A DNA stretch of 64,000 bases. Origin: Octopus vulgaris (taxonomy: Eukaryota). Shown here one piece after another: positions 1 through 20,336 of this stretch. Within the stretch, counting starts at the first letter, position 1, and every line of letters begins with the position of its first letter. The stretch is from the NCBI GenBank assembly GCA_951406725.2, contig OX597828.1:1612001-1676000 (forward strand). Reading direction: 5' to 3'. The position numbers were made by a program, and so were the translations under genes. The notes under the pieces are model-generated. The model made no database searches and was not told the DNA's origin. It saw only the letters and a program-made list of their open reading frames with translations.

Positions 1-1168
1 TGTGTGGATTTACAGTGGAGTAATATCTCGAATTTCTGGGAAAATTTCTGGCAATTGCTTGGCGAAACTGCAACGGTAGGTTAGATCTTATTTGTTTACC
101 AAAGGGAATTACAAACCAAATATAGTTTTTCCTGTTCTTGTACTGGCTCGAAGAGTCAACTCTAACATTAAGGTGGGTATCTCTGGGTTGAATAATGGGT
201 TTTGGCCTACGATGGCCTCCCCTGGACCGCAAATTATTTATGTTATCTATATTTATGCTAGTTGTACTTGTATCGACATTCCTCAGGCTACCATCAATAC
301 TTATATTATTTATGTTATTATAACTTGACTTATCCTGATGATAGAATGCTGGTTTCGGAAGGGCCGGGTCTATATATGCTACCTTCTCCCTATAACCGGC
401 TTTTGACAGGGCGGCATTATAAAATTCCGCTTTCTGCCTAAAAATGTCGACGTTGGCAGATAAATTTGTTAATCTTTGAGAAATATTTTTAACTAAATTG
501 TCTGTTATAGTTTTTGCGTGGTTAGAGAAAACACTGACATACTTTAGGTTAGTGGAAGGTTTGTGGTAGGGGCGGTAAGAATCGCTATGCAGGTTTAGTG
601 TGACATCTAAGAAATTTGCCTTGGTAAGTTCGTTATCAAAAACTATGCTCATGCCCATCCTATTAAAGAATCTAGCTAATCTATTTTTAGTTTTCTGTAT
701 CATTCTATTCGGGGTGTTCTGTAGGTAAAACAGACAATCGTCACGATATAGGCCGCCTCCGATGCCCGGGGATTGGTCGGATAATTCATAGAGTATATAG
801 ATTCCGATCAAATCGGCAATCTGGGCGCTATCTGAACTTCCCATAGGTACATCGAACTCGTTGGGAGTATCCTTACGAACCCATAACTTATCTTCAAACT
901 GTATAAAGGATTTTCTGGCGACTAGAATTATATCAATTTCTTCTCTTGTGAGGCCTGCCTTATTATGTGCATGCCACAGGGCCTTATTGAGTACACTAGG
1001 GTTAATCGAGGGGTAGAAATTAGCAATATCGAACTGAATGAACTTAGTTCTGTTTTTATTAGGGATAGAAGAGAACCACTTTACGACTTGCGAGGAGTTC
1101 GCCCAAAGGTTAAGCTTAAGCTTATTAACGAAACTAGGAATGTATTTGTCTAAAATGTACTTACTGAA
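1..1168 (-). mobile_element. Penelope-like retroelement RT ORF, 5'-truncated at (TA)n and running off the window edge
   Basis: Minus frame reads [123 protein letters not shown] saw no stop codon. The motifs are typical of the PLE RT and thumb. Confidence 0.9.
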
Positions 1169-1463
<295 letters not shown>

Positions 1464-1598
1464 ATTTTATTTTATTCTTATATTTTATCTAGTTTCAGCT
1501 CACGAGCTGTGGCCATGCTGGGGCACCGCCATTTGGTGTTGCTACATCATTTTACTTCACGAATGCTTTTTAGCAACTGCCATTTGGTGCATGAGAGA

Positions 1599-1766
1599 GT
1601 TACGTTCTGAGTTCAAATTCCGCCGAGGTCGACTTTGCCTTTCATCCTTTCAGGGTCGATAAATTAAGTACCAGTTACGCACTGGGGTCGATGTAATCGA
1701 CTTAATCCGTTTGTCTGTCCTTGTTTATCCCCTCTGTGTTTAGCCCCTTGTGGGTAGTAAAGAAAT
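1599..1766 (+). mobile_element. tRNA-derived SINE, family 2 (partial)
   Basis: gttctgagttcaaattccgccgaggtcgactttgcctttcatcc..ggggtcgatgtaatcgac..gccccttgtggg; near-identical to the reverse complement of part of 25471-25702. Confidence 0.8.
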
Positions 1767-1778
1767 ATATATATATAC

Positions 1779-2023
<245 letters not shown>

Positions 2024-2073
2024 ATTGAAGAAATGGAGTTGAACGAAGATTGAACAGAAATCGTTTTATTGCA

Positions 2074-2153
2074 TTCTACACGTGTTTCGAAAGGCACAAT
2101 TTACCAAATTCCGATTGAATAATGAGACCATATTGTGTCTTTCTCTTCAGGAA
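2074..2153 (-). ncRNA. Minimal type I hammerhead ribozyme (Penelope-type)
   Basis: ttc-CUGAAGA-gaaagacacaau..auugugccuuuc (11/12 bp stem II)-GAAA-CACGUG-UA-gaa; palindromic stem III, GUA cleavage triplet. Confidence 0.8.
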
Positions 2154-2226
2154 GAAATAGGAAATCCGTTGGAATAAACAAAAACTTTTGATTAATCTGC
2201 AACAAGATTATTCATCTTTCTATTTC

Positions 2227-2306
<80 letters not shown>

Positions 2307-3143
2307 CATATATATAGTGCTGTTGACGGATAATTTCGAGGTGTCTCATCATTGAAGTGGTTCAGGTCAGTTGAAAGGTGTTTAGATTGCGTATGGAAGG
2401 TGGTGAATGTAAAATAATAGAAAACATTCGACGCTTCTCAAGTATGTCACATATAATTTAAAAGAAATGAAAATACACTGATGTTTCATTACTTTCTGTA
2501 AAGTTTTAGCCGTATAAATTGAATTTTTTGTTCTTGATGTTCTTTACTATATAGAATAACTAGCAAAGTGTTGAGATCAATAATTTGATAGCTAATTAAC
2601 TGAAGTGGGATTTCTTTCAATAAGACAAGTAAGTTTGAAATGTTAACTAAACTAAAAAAAAAAATCAAATTTGTGTTATTTTACTCTTTCTTAAGAGACA
2701 ATTTTTATGTTGATAATGGAAACTAGCTCGTCGAGAACATTATAGTTTCTGTATCAATTAACTGAGAAGTAAATTCTATATTTTAGGTAGAACATGTGAT
2801 CATTAAAAAAATTATTTGTTAAAAGAAATGGGACACTTTAAATGAAAGAAATTCCCTGGTTGAAGAATCGCTGTCGAATCGAAAAGGTATGTGACTGTTG
2901 ACTATTGTTGCGCTGAATATATATGTTTAATTTAAACAAATCTGGAGTAGCTACTGGTTGTGTGTTATTAATAAGAATTCACTTGTAGTATCGAACTTAA
3001 CTCTTTCACTGGATCGGTAGTAGAAAACAGGTTACTACGCCAATGTACGTTCCATAACATATCCTAAAACCAATACGATCATTGGGAATTCAGTTTCTTC
3101 TCGACAAATCAATCTGTAAAGAGGAGTTAAGGAGGACGAAGAA

Positions 3144-3187
<44 letters not shown>

Positions 3188-3657
3188 AACGAGGTGATAC
3201 CTATAAAAAGAAAACGTTAAAATATATATTTGAAAGAATAACAATACCCTGGTAGCTTTTCATGAGTTTTGTGTTTTATTTTAAGGCACCATTTTCAATA
3301 TATCTATATATGCACAGGGAAGAGTACATATACATTGTCATATGTACAGTTCTGTATATACAAAAATGAAGTTTTTATGGGTCACTTAGCCATAAACATT
3401 GGCTGTGCAAATTTGCAATCCGATCGCAAATAAAATTAGTTTTTTACTACCTGATATTGTTGTGAGATATCGAGATGATGAGAAAGTAAATTTTTCTTTT
3501 TTTTTTGTCTCTTGAATGCTGGAATTATGATGCTACATATTTGCCTCAGTTATCTTCATTTTCGTCATCAATGCAAAATAAGACGGAATTTCAAGTTATA
3601 TATATATATTTGTTCCACATCCTTGCGTTGTTGTCTTTTTGTTTTCTTGTTTGGATT

Positions 3658-3716
<59 letters not shown>

Positions 3717-4378
3717 ACTATGTTGTTTTTTGAGTTAATAATGAAGAAATGGAAACAAAAAATAGATGTAAGATAAGCTTGAAGAAAAAATATATTTTGT
3801 TTTTCACATAGCATGAAAACTAAAAATTTAGAAAAGATAAAGAGATGAGTTCCAACATTTATTCTTCCCCCCACCAAAACTTTACCAAGCATGAGAAATA
3901 GAATGAAGCAGTTACAAATGAAGAATCGAAACCAGAGAATCGAAACTGGCGGCAGAGTATCTCTTTATCTATAATACTTGCCGCTATAAAGGTAAACATG
4001 GATTGGACTATTTATTACAGAGACGCAAGGCATAATATTTGTATGGAAGGCAAAATCATGTGTCCTGTTTCCAAAAGGCTATTCACAGAATTTAAGTGAA
4101 GAGAAATGTTTGAAATTAAAATGGAAATCGGATTACGTACTTAGCTCAAGGATTTATGTCTGGTTACTACCAGCATCGAATGTTACTGAAGCGTGCACGT
4201 TATGTAAATAAAATATAGGCTACGGTATAAACTATAGAAATGTTGTCAAATGATTATAAAGGTTTGGTGATCGTTAAAGATAAAACGATAACTCTATGGT
4301 ATTCAGTACAGAGTTTTGCACACACACGCACACACATGCACACGCACGCACACACACACACACACTCGCACCCCCACA

Positions 4379-4432
<54 letters not shown>

Positions 4433-5484
4433 GTATGTATGTATGTATGTATGTATGTATGTATGTATGTATGTATGTATGTATGCATGCATGCAGAAAG
4501 AGAAATCTATACTTTGCTAGAATTACGGAGATAACAGTGTAGAAGTTGAAAACTGGATATAAACCGCTTTCTCCGATACGGAGTTTCCTCCGCTTCTTTT
4601 CTTTAACCTTTTATTAGTTTCAATCATTGAAGTGGGGCTCTGATCCCTATCACTGGCTTAAAAAGGTTTTAACCAATTCTATCGATCCAGTACACTGCCT
4701 GCTATTCAGTTTATCGGTCAGTCAAAAAATGGAACGCTGGTCAACCGAGCGTAAAGGGATATATCTCGGACGGAATTTCATACCGCAATGTATTTTTGTT
4801 CGAAGCAGTGATTTTGCTCATCTCTCTCTCGCTCTTTCTCTCTCTCAGACACACACACACACATAGATATACGCACAAACACAGACGTATGTATATATAA
4901 TGTATCAAGCAATAAAATGCGTTAATATCTATGAGGGATCATCAAATGTTCTTGTTTCACACGCTTACACCTTGCAGGTTTAGCCAGTCTACTTTGAAGT
5001 ATGTTCGGAGGAGGTTAACGAGCAGCTTTACAATAGGGTCACCATTTCTGCCAAGTTACATATCTAATCATCAGGACACCGTGAAACTGGAAGTATCACT
5101 CAATCTTGCCGAAGATATCTACAGATACAGACCGGAGCGAGCAGTGATTGCCGTATACAGTGGCAGACACATTGAAATTTCAACGAGAAATCAATCGAGT
5201 GGCAAAACGAAATACGATCGCACTCCAAAACAGTATTAAAGTGCAATTATTCGCCATCTCGAGGATTTCTATTTCCTCGCGTACTATACTTTGATCATCG
5301 TCGACCTACACATCCCTTAAACAGCCTTTGATTCTCAATTGCTATGTTTCAAGAGGACCTCCTGTGTAGTACAGAAGGTTACGCTATAACCGCCAGTAAC
5401 TCGAAAAGGCAACAGACTCTTCAGGATTGTACGTTACCAGTACTACTGATATTTTCTTTCTTTATCCTCTTTCTCTTCCGCCCC

Positions 5485-5579
<95 letters not shown>

Positions 5580-5633
5580 ATCTATCTATCTATCTATCTA
5601 CCTACCTACCTACGTACCTACGTACCTACCTAC

Positions 5634-5687
<54 letters not shown>

Positions 5688-5819
5688 GTCTATCTATCTA
5701 TACACACACACATGCACACACACCTGCGCGCGCACGCACACACATATATAAGTGAGTCGTCTAAGAGACCATAAGTCAGGGAAAAGATGCACTCAATATA
5801 TATGTCAGCAGAGTGGGTA

Positions 5820-6069
5820 TATTATCCGAAAATTATAATATTAAATATCCATCACGGCTGATCTTACCAATCGGTTTCGTTTAAAGAATACAATGTGAGG
5901 TAAAATCCGATTATATAACTTTACACTCATCAGAGTGAGCCGATATGGAAGGGAATATGCCGACTGCAGTCGCCATATTCGGATTGTTACCTTACTCTCA
6001 ATTGTATTCGTTACGCAAAACCGATTGGTAAGATCAGCCGTGATGGTTATATATTATAATTTTCAGATA

Positions 6070-6072
<3 letters not shown>
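5820..6072. repeat. Fold-back inverted repeat (about 90 bp arms) with a minus-strand hammerhead motif at 5863-5935
   Basis: ccatcacggctgatcttaccaatcggttt is mirrored by aaaccgattggtaagatcagccgtgatgg; minus strand reads CUGAUGA-guguaaag..cuuuaaac-GAAA-CCGAUUGG-UA. Confidence 0.8.
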
Positions 6073-6130
<58 letters not shown>

Positions 6131-6549
6131 TACTGCAGAACAAAGCGTGTATTAGAAATCTAACATAAATTTCACGGAAAGTTGTGATGCCACCGCTGTG
6201 GACTTAAACAGATGGAAATACACGTATTTCCATCTGTTTAAGTAAGAAGGCTTTAAAATCCCTTTTTTAATTTCATTGACTAATACATACATGCATACAT
6301 ACATGAATACATATATAGATACGCGCATACATATACATAAATGTTTCTCTCTCTCTCTCTCTGTATATATATATATACATATATATGCATATATATATAC
6401 ATGCTTATGTTAATATGTACGCAGAAACACAAACACACGTATATGAACATACACACATATTCACACGCACACATACACACACACACCTATAAGGCTGAAT
6501 ATGCCAAAGGCTAACGACTGCGCTTCCACGAACGATTGCACTCCACTAC

Positions 6550-6617
6550 GTTAATATATATATATATATATATTAATAAATAAAATAAAACATATGCATA
6601 TATATAAACATATATGA

Positions 6618-6654
<37 letters not shown>

Positions 6655-6703
6655 ATAATGTATATATATATATAATATAATATATACATATATAATATAA
6701 TAT

Positions 6704-6748
<45 letters not shown>

Positions 6749-6982
6749 ATATGTATATATATATGTAATATAATATATATATATAATATAATATATATAT
6801 ATATAATATAATATATATATATAATATAATATATATATATATAATATATATATATAATATAATATATATATAATATAATACATATATGTAATATATATAT
6901 ATATATATAATATATATATAATATATATATATAATATAATATATATATAATATAATATAACATATATATATATATATATATA
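6550..6982. repeat. Degenerate (TA)n/(TAA) low-complexity array
   Basis: Direct reading. Confidence 0.9.
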
Positions 6983-6994
6983 TTCTTTTTTTAA

Positions 6995-7326
6995 GACCCC
7001 CTTCGGTCATGAATGACCATGGGATTGCACCTAGAAAGTTACCTTCCTAGATACAAGTCCGGGCAAGGTTGTTTATGGAAGGCCAGCAGTCGCCCATGCA
7101 TACCAGCCTCCCCTCTCCACGCCACCAGTGTTATCCAAGGGAAAGGCAAAGGGGCCGATACAGCTTGGCACCAGTGACGTCGCAACTCATTTCTACAGCT
7201 GAGTGAACTGGAGCAACGTGAAATAAAGTGCCTTGCTCAAGAACACAACACGCAGCCCGGTCCGGGATTCGAGCTCACAACCTCACGATCGTAAGCTCGA
7301 CGCTCTAACCACTGAGCCATGCGCCT
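6995..7326 (-). mobile_element. tRNA-derived SINE, family 3 (apparently full length)
   Basis: Head ggcgcatggctcagtggttagagcgtc..gctcgaatcccgg has Pol III A/B boxes; central gtgttcttgagcaaggcactt; partial relative at about 23070-23270. Confidence 0.85.
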
Positions 7327-7356
7327 ATATAATATAATATATATATAATATAATAT

Positions 7357-7396
<40 letters not shown>

Positions 7397-7887
7397 GGCT
7401 GTGTGGTTAGGGAGCTTGCTTCCTAGCTACATGGTTTCGGGTTCAGTCCCACTGCGTGGCACTTTGGGTAGGTGTCTTCCACTATAGCCCCGAGCTGACC
7501 GGAGCTTTGTGATTGAATTCGGTAGGTGGAAGTTACTGTCGTGTGTGCATATGTGCGTGTAGGTGCTTGTGCCTCTCCCAAAGAGAGAGAGGGGATATTG
7601 GTAAAAACGGTAAGATAACAAAAGAAAGAGACCTATATTATTATATAGATATATATATATATAATATATATATATATTTTTTAATGTTCCAGCTAAGAGC
7701 TACGGCCATGCTGATTGCACAAGCGGGGTGGCGTCATTTGAAGGCTAAAACCAAGCGAAGCGCATTGTGACCAGCGATGTGTAGCAACATCTGATAGCCT
7801 GGTCGGTCACGGAAAATCACGGTGATATACAATACATATATATATATATATATATACAATATATATATATAAAAGATATATATATAC

Positions 7888-7934
<47 letters not shown>

Positions 7935-8057
7935 ATTTATATATATATATATATATAATATAATATATATATATAATATAGACGTCATGATAGATCGTTA
8001 GCAACTACACACTATTTTTTTCTCTCTTTGTTTCTCTCCTTATTTTTTCTATGTACC

Positions 8058-8091
8058 TTTCTGTAGAAGAGCGTAGGCTCGAAATGTAAAA
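8058..8091 (+). ncRNA. Variant minimal hammerhead-like motif in a PLE-derived repeat
   Basis: uuu-CUGUAGAA-gag cguagg cuc-GAAA-U-GUA-aaa; the core deviates from CUGANGA. Confidence 0.5.
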
Positions 8092-8183
8092 TACTTTTTC
8101 TATTCCTGAGTGCTATACTAATACATCTGTTTGTTTTGTACACCACCTGTCTTCGCCTTTTGTTTTTTTTCGTAAACTTTCCC

Positions 8184-9345
<1,162 letters not shown>

Positions 9346-9685
9346 GTGTGGTAAGTAGCTTGCTTACCAACCACTGCGTGGCATCTTGGGCAAGTGTCTT
9401 CTGCTATAGCCTCCGGCCGACCAATGCCTTGTGAGTGGATTTGGTAGACGGAAACTGAAAGAAGCTTGTCGTATATATGTATGTGTATGTATGTTTGTGT
9501 GTCTGTGTTTCTCCCCTAGCATTGCTTGACAACCGATGCTGGTGTGTTTACGTCCCCGTCACTTAGCGGTTCGGCAAAGAGACCGATAGAATAAGTACTG
9601 GGCTTACAAAGAATAAGTCCCGGGGTCGAGTTGCTCCAGCATGGCCGCAGTCAAATTACTGAAACAAGTAAAAGAGTAAAAGAGA
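9346..9685 (+). mobile_element. tRNA-derived SINE, family 1
   Basis: gtgtggtaagtagcttgcttaccaacc..gggcaagtgtcttc..ggatttggtagacggaaactgaaagaag..cagcatggccgcagtc..gaaacaagtaaaag; about 10 related copies or fragments in the window. Confidence 0.9.
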
Positions 9686-9749
9686 GAATATATATATATA
9701 TAATATATATATATATATATAGATATAATATATATATATATATATATAT

Positions 9750-10030
9750 TGTTATATTTCGGAATGGTCATATTGCCAGTTTAGCCAATAAAAACACACG
9801 CACTATATATTTGGTGTTATTTTGCTTCAGTGATATTTATCTTTTACATTAATCTTAATCTTATTTCAGTCAAAGTTCTTTCGTCACACTCCTGTGACCG
9901 CATCAGTGGTCCTTTGTTTTCTTCTCACTTATTTGTGTCTCTCCTTACTAACCGTCAGCCATTTTGTATTTCTATCGTATGTCTTCATTTGCGCATGCTT
10001 ATATCTCTATGTGCATCTATGTTTATTTAG
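9750..10030 (-). mobile_element. PLE-type repeat with a degenerate hammerhead (second copy at 61140-61295)
   Basis: Shares ggaatggtcat..gccagtttagccaataaaaacacacgcactatatatttggtg with the second copy; minus strand cca-CUGAUGC-g-gucac..gugac-GAAA. Confidence 0.6.
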
Positions 10031-11481
10031 AACTCAGCTAATGCTATATCTTATGTAATTTTAAATGTGGAAACGGATCATTCCACGGAATAAAAGCTGA
10101 AAACTGCTACAAAGCTATTACGTTTTTGAATACCAATCTCTGAATCTTTTGACATGAAGCGGTTTCAATACAAAACATAAACAATAAAGAAAAGAAATAT
10201 GTATCTATGGAACATCTAAAATAATTGTGCGTGAAAAGGAAACTGTTATAATAGAATCATTTCTTCCACTAAATTTTCAAATGTATTCCGAACTAATTCT
10301 TAGCAAACAGAATTGTCCGGATCTAAACACCATCATTCTACATTGGTATTACTTTTGTACTATGTATACGCTAATAAAGGGTTGCATATAGTGTTTTAGT
10401 ATTTAGTGCCGATTTTCAAATCGCAACAGGTACTGAACATTGTATAATTCTTTTCGACTTTGCAGGCTTCGTTTGGTCCTCTTATCTAAAAGGTATCTAA
10501 AAGGTATAGAACCGCATATTGGTAATTGAAGCTATGAGAGTTCCCATTTTCTTAATATTGATACGTTTCGATTCTTCTTTTGGAATGTCTCTTTGTCTCT
10601 CTGTATCGAAGAAGTCGCACATGCGCAGACACACATTCAAAGAAACTGAAATTCATTCAAATAAGGAAACGAGTACTCTATAACGACAAAGCAAATTGTA
10701 AGAAAAATACCTCTCACATACGTAGGCACACATGCGCTCACACACATACAAAACAAACATAAATATATTTTCAGTGTTAGAGAAAATTCTGGAAGACAAA
10801 GAATTCTGTAAGTAAAACAGGAAGCAAATAATAAAAAAAAAAAGTAAGTTTCATGTTTTTTCAGATGAATGAAAGGAAATTTGCTTTTCGAAGGTAAATT
10901 ATCTCATCGTCGCCATTTTATCGACTATATATGAACAACTTTTCCACAATGTACGCGTTAAATCAAGCAAATTAAAATAATAGATAATTTGCCCCCTTAT
11001 TTTCTTAGTAATCTTTCGTTTTAGGCACAGTTAATGTTTCAGTTTTTAAAACTAAGTAACGTCTCTCAACTTGAAAGTTCAATAAAAAATGATGGTGATG
11101 ATAATGATGATGATGGTTGCGATGATGGTTGCGGTGATGGACGTGGTGAGGTACGTAAAAAGTAAGTAATCCAAACATGTTAACGAGATTTAGAAAATAT
11201 AACGCATAAAAAAAAGAAAGAAAGAAAGAATAAGAAAATCTAATGGCTTTGTATTTACGCACAAAGCCCCAAATTTATAAGAGAGTAACAAGAGGTTCTT
11301 AGCATCATAAATGAATCGTTTTCAGTTCAGAATCGAAATCAGATCTCGAATTTGTTTTTCTGTCACTTAAGAGAAAAGCTAAAATTAAATTGTTTGACGT
11401 TAAGCATGATGGCTAAATTATACTAGATGCCGCATCTGGCAGTATTGCACCGGAGAGGGCGCACGGACTCAAATACATGCA

Positions 11482-11533
<52 letters not shown>

Positions 11534-11629
11534 ACAAAACAGAGAAAACAAGAAAAAGAAAAAAACAAACGTGGGGACGTAGCACAAGCAATGTATTAAT
11601 GTGACATACGGAGAAAGAAGAGAGTTGTA

Positions 11630-11664
11630 GTTTTACGTTTCGAGCATAGCTCTTTGTCGGAAAC
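11630..11664 (-). ncRNA. Variant minimal hammerhead-like motif
   Basis: guuu-CCGACAAA-gag cuaug cuc-GAAA-C-GUA-aaac; 4 bp stem I and ACGU palindromic stem III. Confidence 0.55.
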
Positions 11665-12632
11665 AGGAAAGTCCAAAGGAAAAGAAGAAAGGAGGAAAAA
11701 TCGCCGACATTCCACGTACGGTACAATTCTGAAGTGACCCGAAGTAGAAGCAATATATATATATATATATACATATATATACACACACAGAGCGGATAAT
11801 CATTGTTAGAAATAGCAGTCGGTAAGCTATCGGCTCTACGTAGAGCTTCACTGAATGTTTACAGGCAGAGATGTTTGCGGGCGGTGAATATAAGGAAATT
11901 CTGTCTTACCTCAACGGAGACCGTTAGAGGAATGAAGGATATATATGTAATAAATGAACATACACACATATATACTTGTATATATGTACACGTACATATA
12001 TACACGTACATACATATATACTTGTATCTGGAAAACAATACAAGATAGCTTATCGTGTAGTTTACCATGTTTCGCTGGTATGCTCTTCAGCACCATCTTA
12101 ATCCTACATCTCATAAAAGTCTATATAATATCATGTATATATGTGCACGCATACACTCATGCATACGTATGTATGCATACTTACATATGTTCACACACAC
12201 GCACATACATACATGAACCATATGACAATATTTTGTTTCTTTGTTAAAGGTTAGTAGGAAAGAATTGATGAGAAATCTGATAGCATTCCTCCCAGGCTAT
12301 AGCTTTCGGTATATGAACATGAACTGCTTCAGTATCAAAATACATTAAATATTTAAGAAATTTAACAGCTAAGATTCCCATATACAATGACATCCATGCT
12401 TGCACCCATATATATGCATGCATAGTATATGCATACGTAACTGCATGCGCGCATACATATATATATACATACATAAAAGACTAGTCTGTTGCTGTTTAAA
12501 CATCGATGAAAGAATTTTACTTCGACGCTAGAAACATGCATTTTCTTGATTGGTGAGAAATTCGCAAAAGAAAGCCAAGAAAACATACATACACACACGC
12601 ACGCACATACACACATATAAGTATATATATAA

Positions 12633-12687
<55 letters not shown>

Positions 12688-12751
12688 TATACGTATATAT
12701 ATATGTGTATGTATATGTAATTTCATATTTTATAATTATATGTCATTGTAT

Positions 12752-16680
<3,929 letters not shown>

Positions 16681-16869
16681 GTAATAAATAAAATATATAT
16701 ACATACAAACATATATATATACCGACATACATGTATATATACATGCATATATAAATATATATATATACGTAAATATATCATAAGAAGACGAAAAAATCAA
16801 CAGAACGAAAACGGAGAAGACATTTTGTTGCAACAGAAGGACAGATATGATAAGACGAAACAAAAACGA

Positions 16870-17600
<731 letters not shown>

Positions 17601-18370
17601 TATCCAATATATACTAGATAGGTACCCAACAGTCATGGTATGACTGTCCTCACTGCCGAAACAGCTGTCAGTTTTGATTTATTTGCATATTATATTTGAA
17701 ATTTTTTACTTATATCTCTTTATCTTTTTACTATTACTGTATATCTCATTTCATTTTATATATTGCCTTTACTCATATGTAATGGTGTATTAAAGTATGG
17801 ATTGAGTATCATCGGATAGTTGATGTTTTACTGATTTAAGTATGTTTCTCCATTCTCTAATTTTGTAGTATATATATATACATATATGTATATAGATACA
17901 TACATACGTACATTCCATACTTATAGGCATGCATATACATACATGTATACATGCATAGCTACCTACATACGTGTTTATATATGGAGATTTTTCGCAACAA
18001 TAACGAAACTTTTGCATAAAGCATTTTAGTTGTCGGCGCGATGAATATGAAAATGTTTTCAAATTTTTAGAGCGATAATACCCACGCGCGCATTCTCACA
18101 GTAGCACACTCAAACACACACACAAACAAGTTTCGAACTTAATGTTTTGCCATTATATTTATTCTCATTTTACTGGTGTTATTATTTATAGCGATACTTC
18201 CGTATGATTTAATCAATATTAGATGGTTCAAAGATATTTACGTACTACAAAAAATGCCAACAGATATTTATGTAAGTACCTACATATGTAAATTCTTTGT
18301 CCAAAGTTTTTATATTGACCTTTTGTAGTTATCTAATTAATATTATTTAATAAAAGCCGTTGATTACTAA

Positions 18371-18465
<95 letters not shown>

Positions 18466-18614
18466 ACAGGTCTCTGATAAAAGGGTGTGAACTTATGCGA
18501 TATATATGCCTTCCTCACACAATGTCAAGTGGTTACAAGCAGATACCTTACCAAAATAAGGAAAAAATTGTATTTTCTTTTGGAACTTCATCTTCGAACT
18601 TATCTAGCTTTTGC

Positions 18615-18620
18615 TTTATT
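18615..18620 (-). promoter_or_regulatory. Candidate poly(A) signal AATAAA of the SRCR gene (alternative at 18158-18163)
   Basis: AATAAA on the minus strand about 500 nt downstream of the stop codon; usage unverified. Confidence 0.3.
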
Positions 18621-19113
18621 GATGACAGAATCATAAACTGGATTTAAATATTTAAGGTTAAACTTGCAAATTTTAGAACATACTATATTCTATCTATTTG
18701 CTTTAGATACGCTCCAGGTGCACAATTTTCAGTTGGATGACGTTCTCATTCTATATCTCTTACTTATATATCGGGCAAGAAAAACAAAGTAATTAACCCC
18801 AGGAAATACAACCATGTGTTGGCAAAAACATATAGATGCATTGTTTTGAAATGGACTGGTCTCATATCAATTACGTACCAATTAAAAATCTGTATCCCAA
18901 GGTAAATAAAACATTTGAATGAAGGCAAAATTTGATTAATCAGTAATCATAAGAAACATATCAAAGCTGTATTAGTAATAATAAAGTCTCTTCTCTTTCG
19001 AACAATATCCTTCATCATCTGATAATATAACGTCGTCATTTCCACTGTTACAAGAAATAGACACTAATAAGTCATAAACCGTGATTGTTCCACAGCGTAG
19101 TTACACGATTCCA

Positions 19114-19925
19114 TCATGCCACACTCTCATCTGTGTTATCGTTATATTTTCGACTTTGGGAAAATCTTCTAGGTTTTGATCGAGTGTCTTGGTCGAACGG
19201 ACTTTCTCTATTTTGTGAATCAAATACTCCAAAAAGGGGATTATCAAAGCCTTCTTGATCTTTATTTTTAGTATAGTAAGCGTTTCCATTCTGTTTAAGA
19301 TCTAATTGGTCATCATCTGTTGAACTGGTATGTTGAGCTTCTCTATACATCGAGTCTTTAGAAAAAGGTCCATGTAAATCATGTGTTTCTAAGCCATATA
19401 ACTGATTGCATACTTGCAAACTGCCATCTGGTCTTTGCTCAATATTATCTTCCCGTAAACGATGCCTTGAAAAGCTTCTTTTCTGGAATATAAACTGCTT
19501 ATATTTTCTGCACAGGAAACAAAACAATATGAAGATTATTATTACAGTAAATACTACGGGTATGATTATTGGTAATATTGCATTAGACTTGTGGGGTTGT
19601 TTTGAATATGAAGTTGATTTATTTTTGTTTTCTGCCTCAGAAGACGTTGCTTCGCTTGACGTTGTGGATAGTATGTGTTCTGTTGGACTGCGGGTGTGTA
19701 CAGATGTAGTTTTCATTCCTGGATGCGTTGTAGGTGTATCTGTCATCGGGAATGTTACTGTAGATATTTGGTTGGTGGTTGTAGTCGTAGATACATTATT
19801 TTCAGCTGTAGTTGAGAATATACTGGTTTTATGTGAAACTGGTTTCGATGTTGACAATGGCTTTAATGTTGTCGTGTTGAGAACAGTTACAGACTTGGAT
19901 GTGCTGGACTCACTGGTTTTAGCCG
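19114..19925 (-). CDS. SRCR receptor last coding exon: Ser/Thr mucin-like stalk, TM helix (about 19510-19581), cytoplasmic tail, stop
   Basis: Acceptor ttttag|CG, phase 1; T/S-rich stretch, then AILPIIIPVVFTVIIIFILFCFLC-RKYK; tail contains NQLY and FDNPLF and ends DESVA*. Confidence 0.9.
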
Positions 19926-20336
19926 CTAAAAATTAGGGGAAAAAAACAACAAAAGAGATGTGTATACTCATAGAAAGACACGAAGCCACATATTCTAAAT
20001 TCACTTCTAGATTTTTTAAAATTGACTTTTAAATCACCAAATACACTTTGAGGGGGAAAAAGGAAACCTCTTGCCATAATGATATCAAATCTCTCTACCT
20101 TTTCTATTTTGTCAAGATATATCTGGTTTAAGATTTAACCGGGTATCGTATCGTTACATATGTAGGTAGGATATTCTATAATAGTTTTTCAAGTAGGAAG
20201 TTTCTGAGAAGGAGCTATTAGTCTGATATTCTTTCTGGGGATTTAACGATAGAACTGGGTACATTTTACTATTAATTGAATAAATATGACATTTCTTCTT
20301 CTGTTTCGTTACAAAAGAATGAAAAAAAAAACTTAC

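Noticed and set aside
2787-2886. Plus-strand exon-like segment (ttttag|..AAG|gtatgt)
   Set aside because: No partner exons or recognisable peptide; such signals occur by chance in AT-rich DNA.
7250-7326. tRNA-like sequence
   Set aside because: It is the Pol III head of a SINE and continues into the SINE body; no complete cloverleaf.
19406-19936. 176-aa plus-strand ORF
   Set aside because: It is the antisense shadow of the Thr/Ser-rich last SRCR exon.
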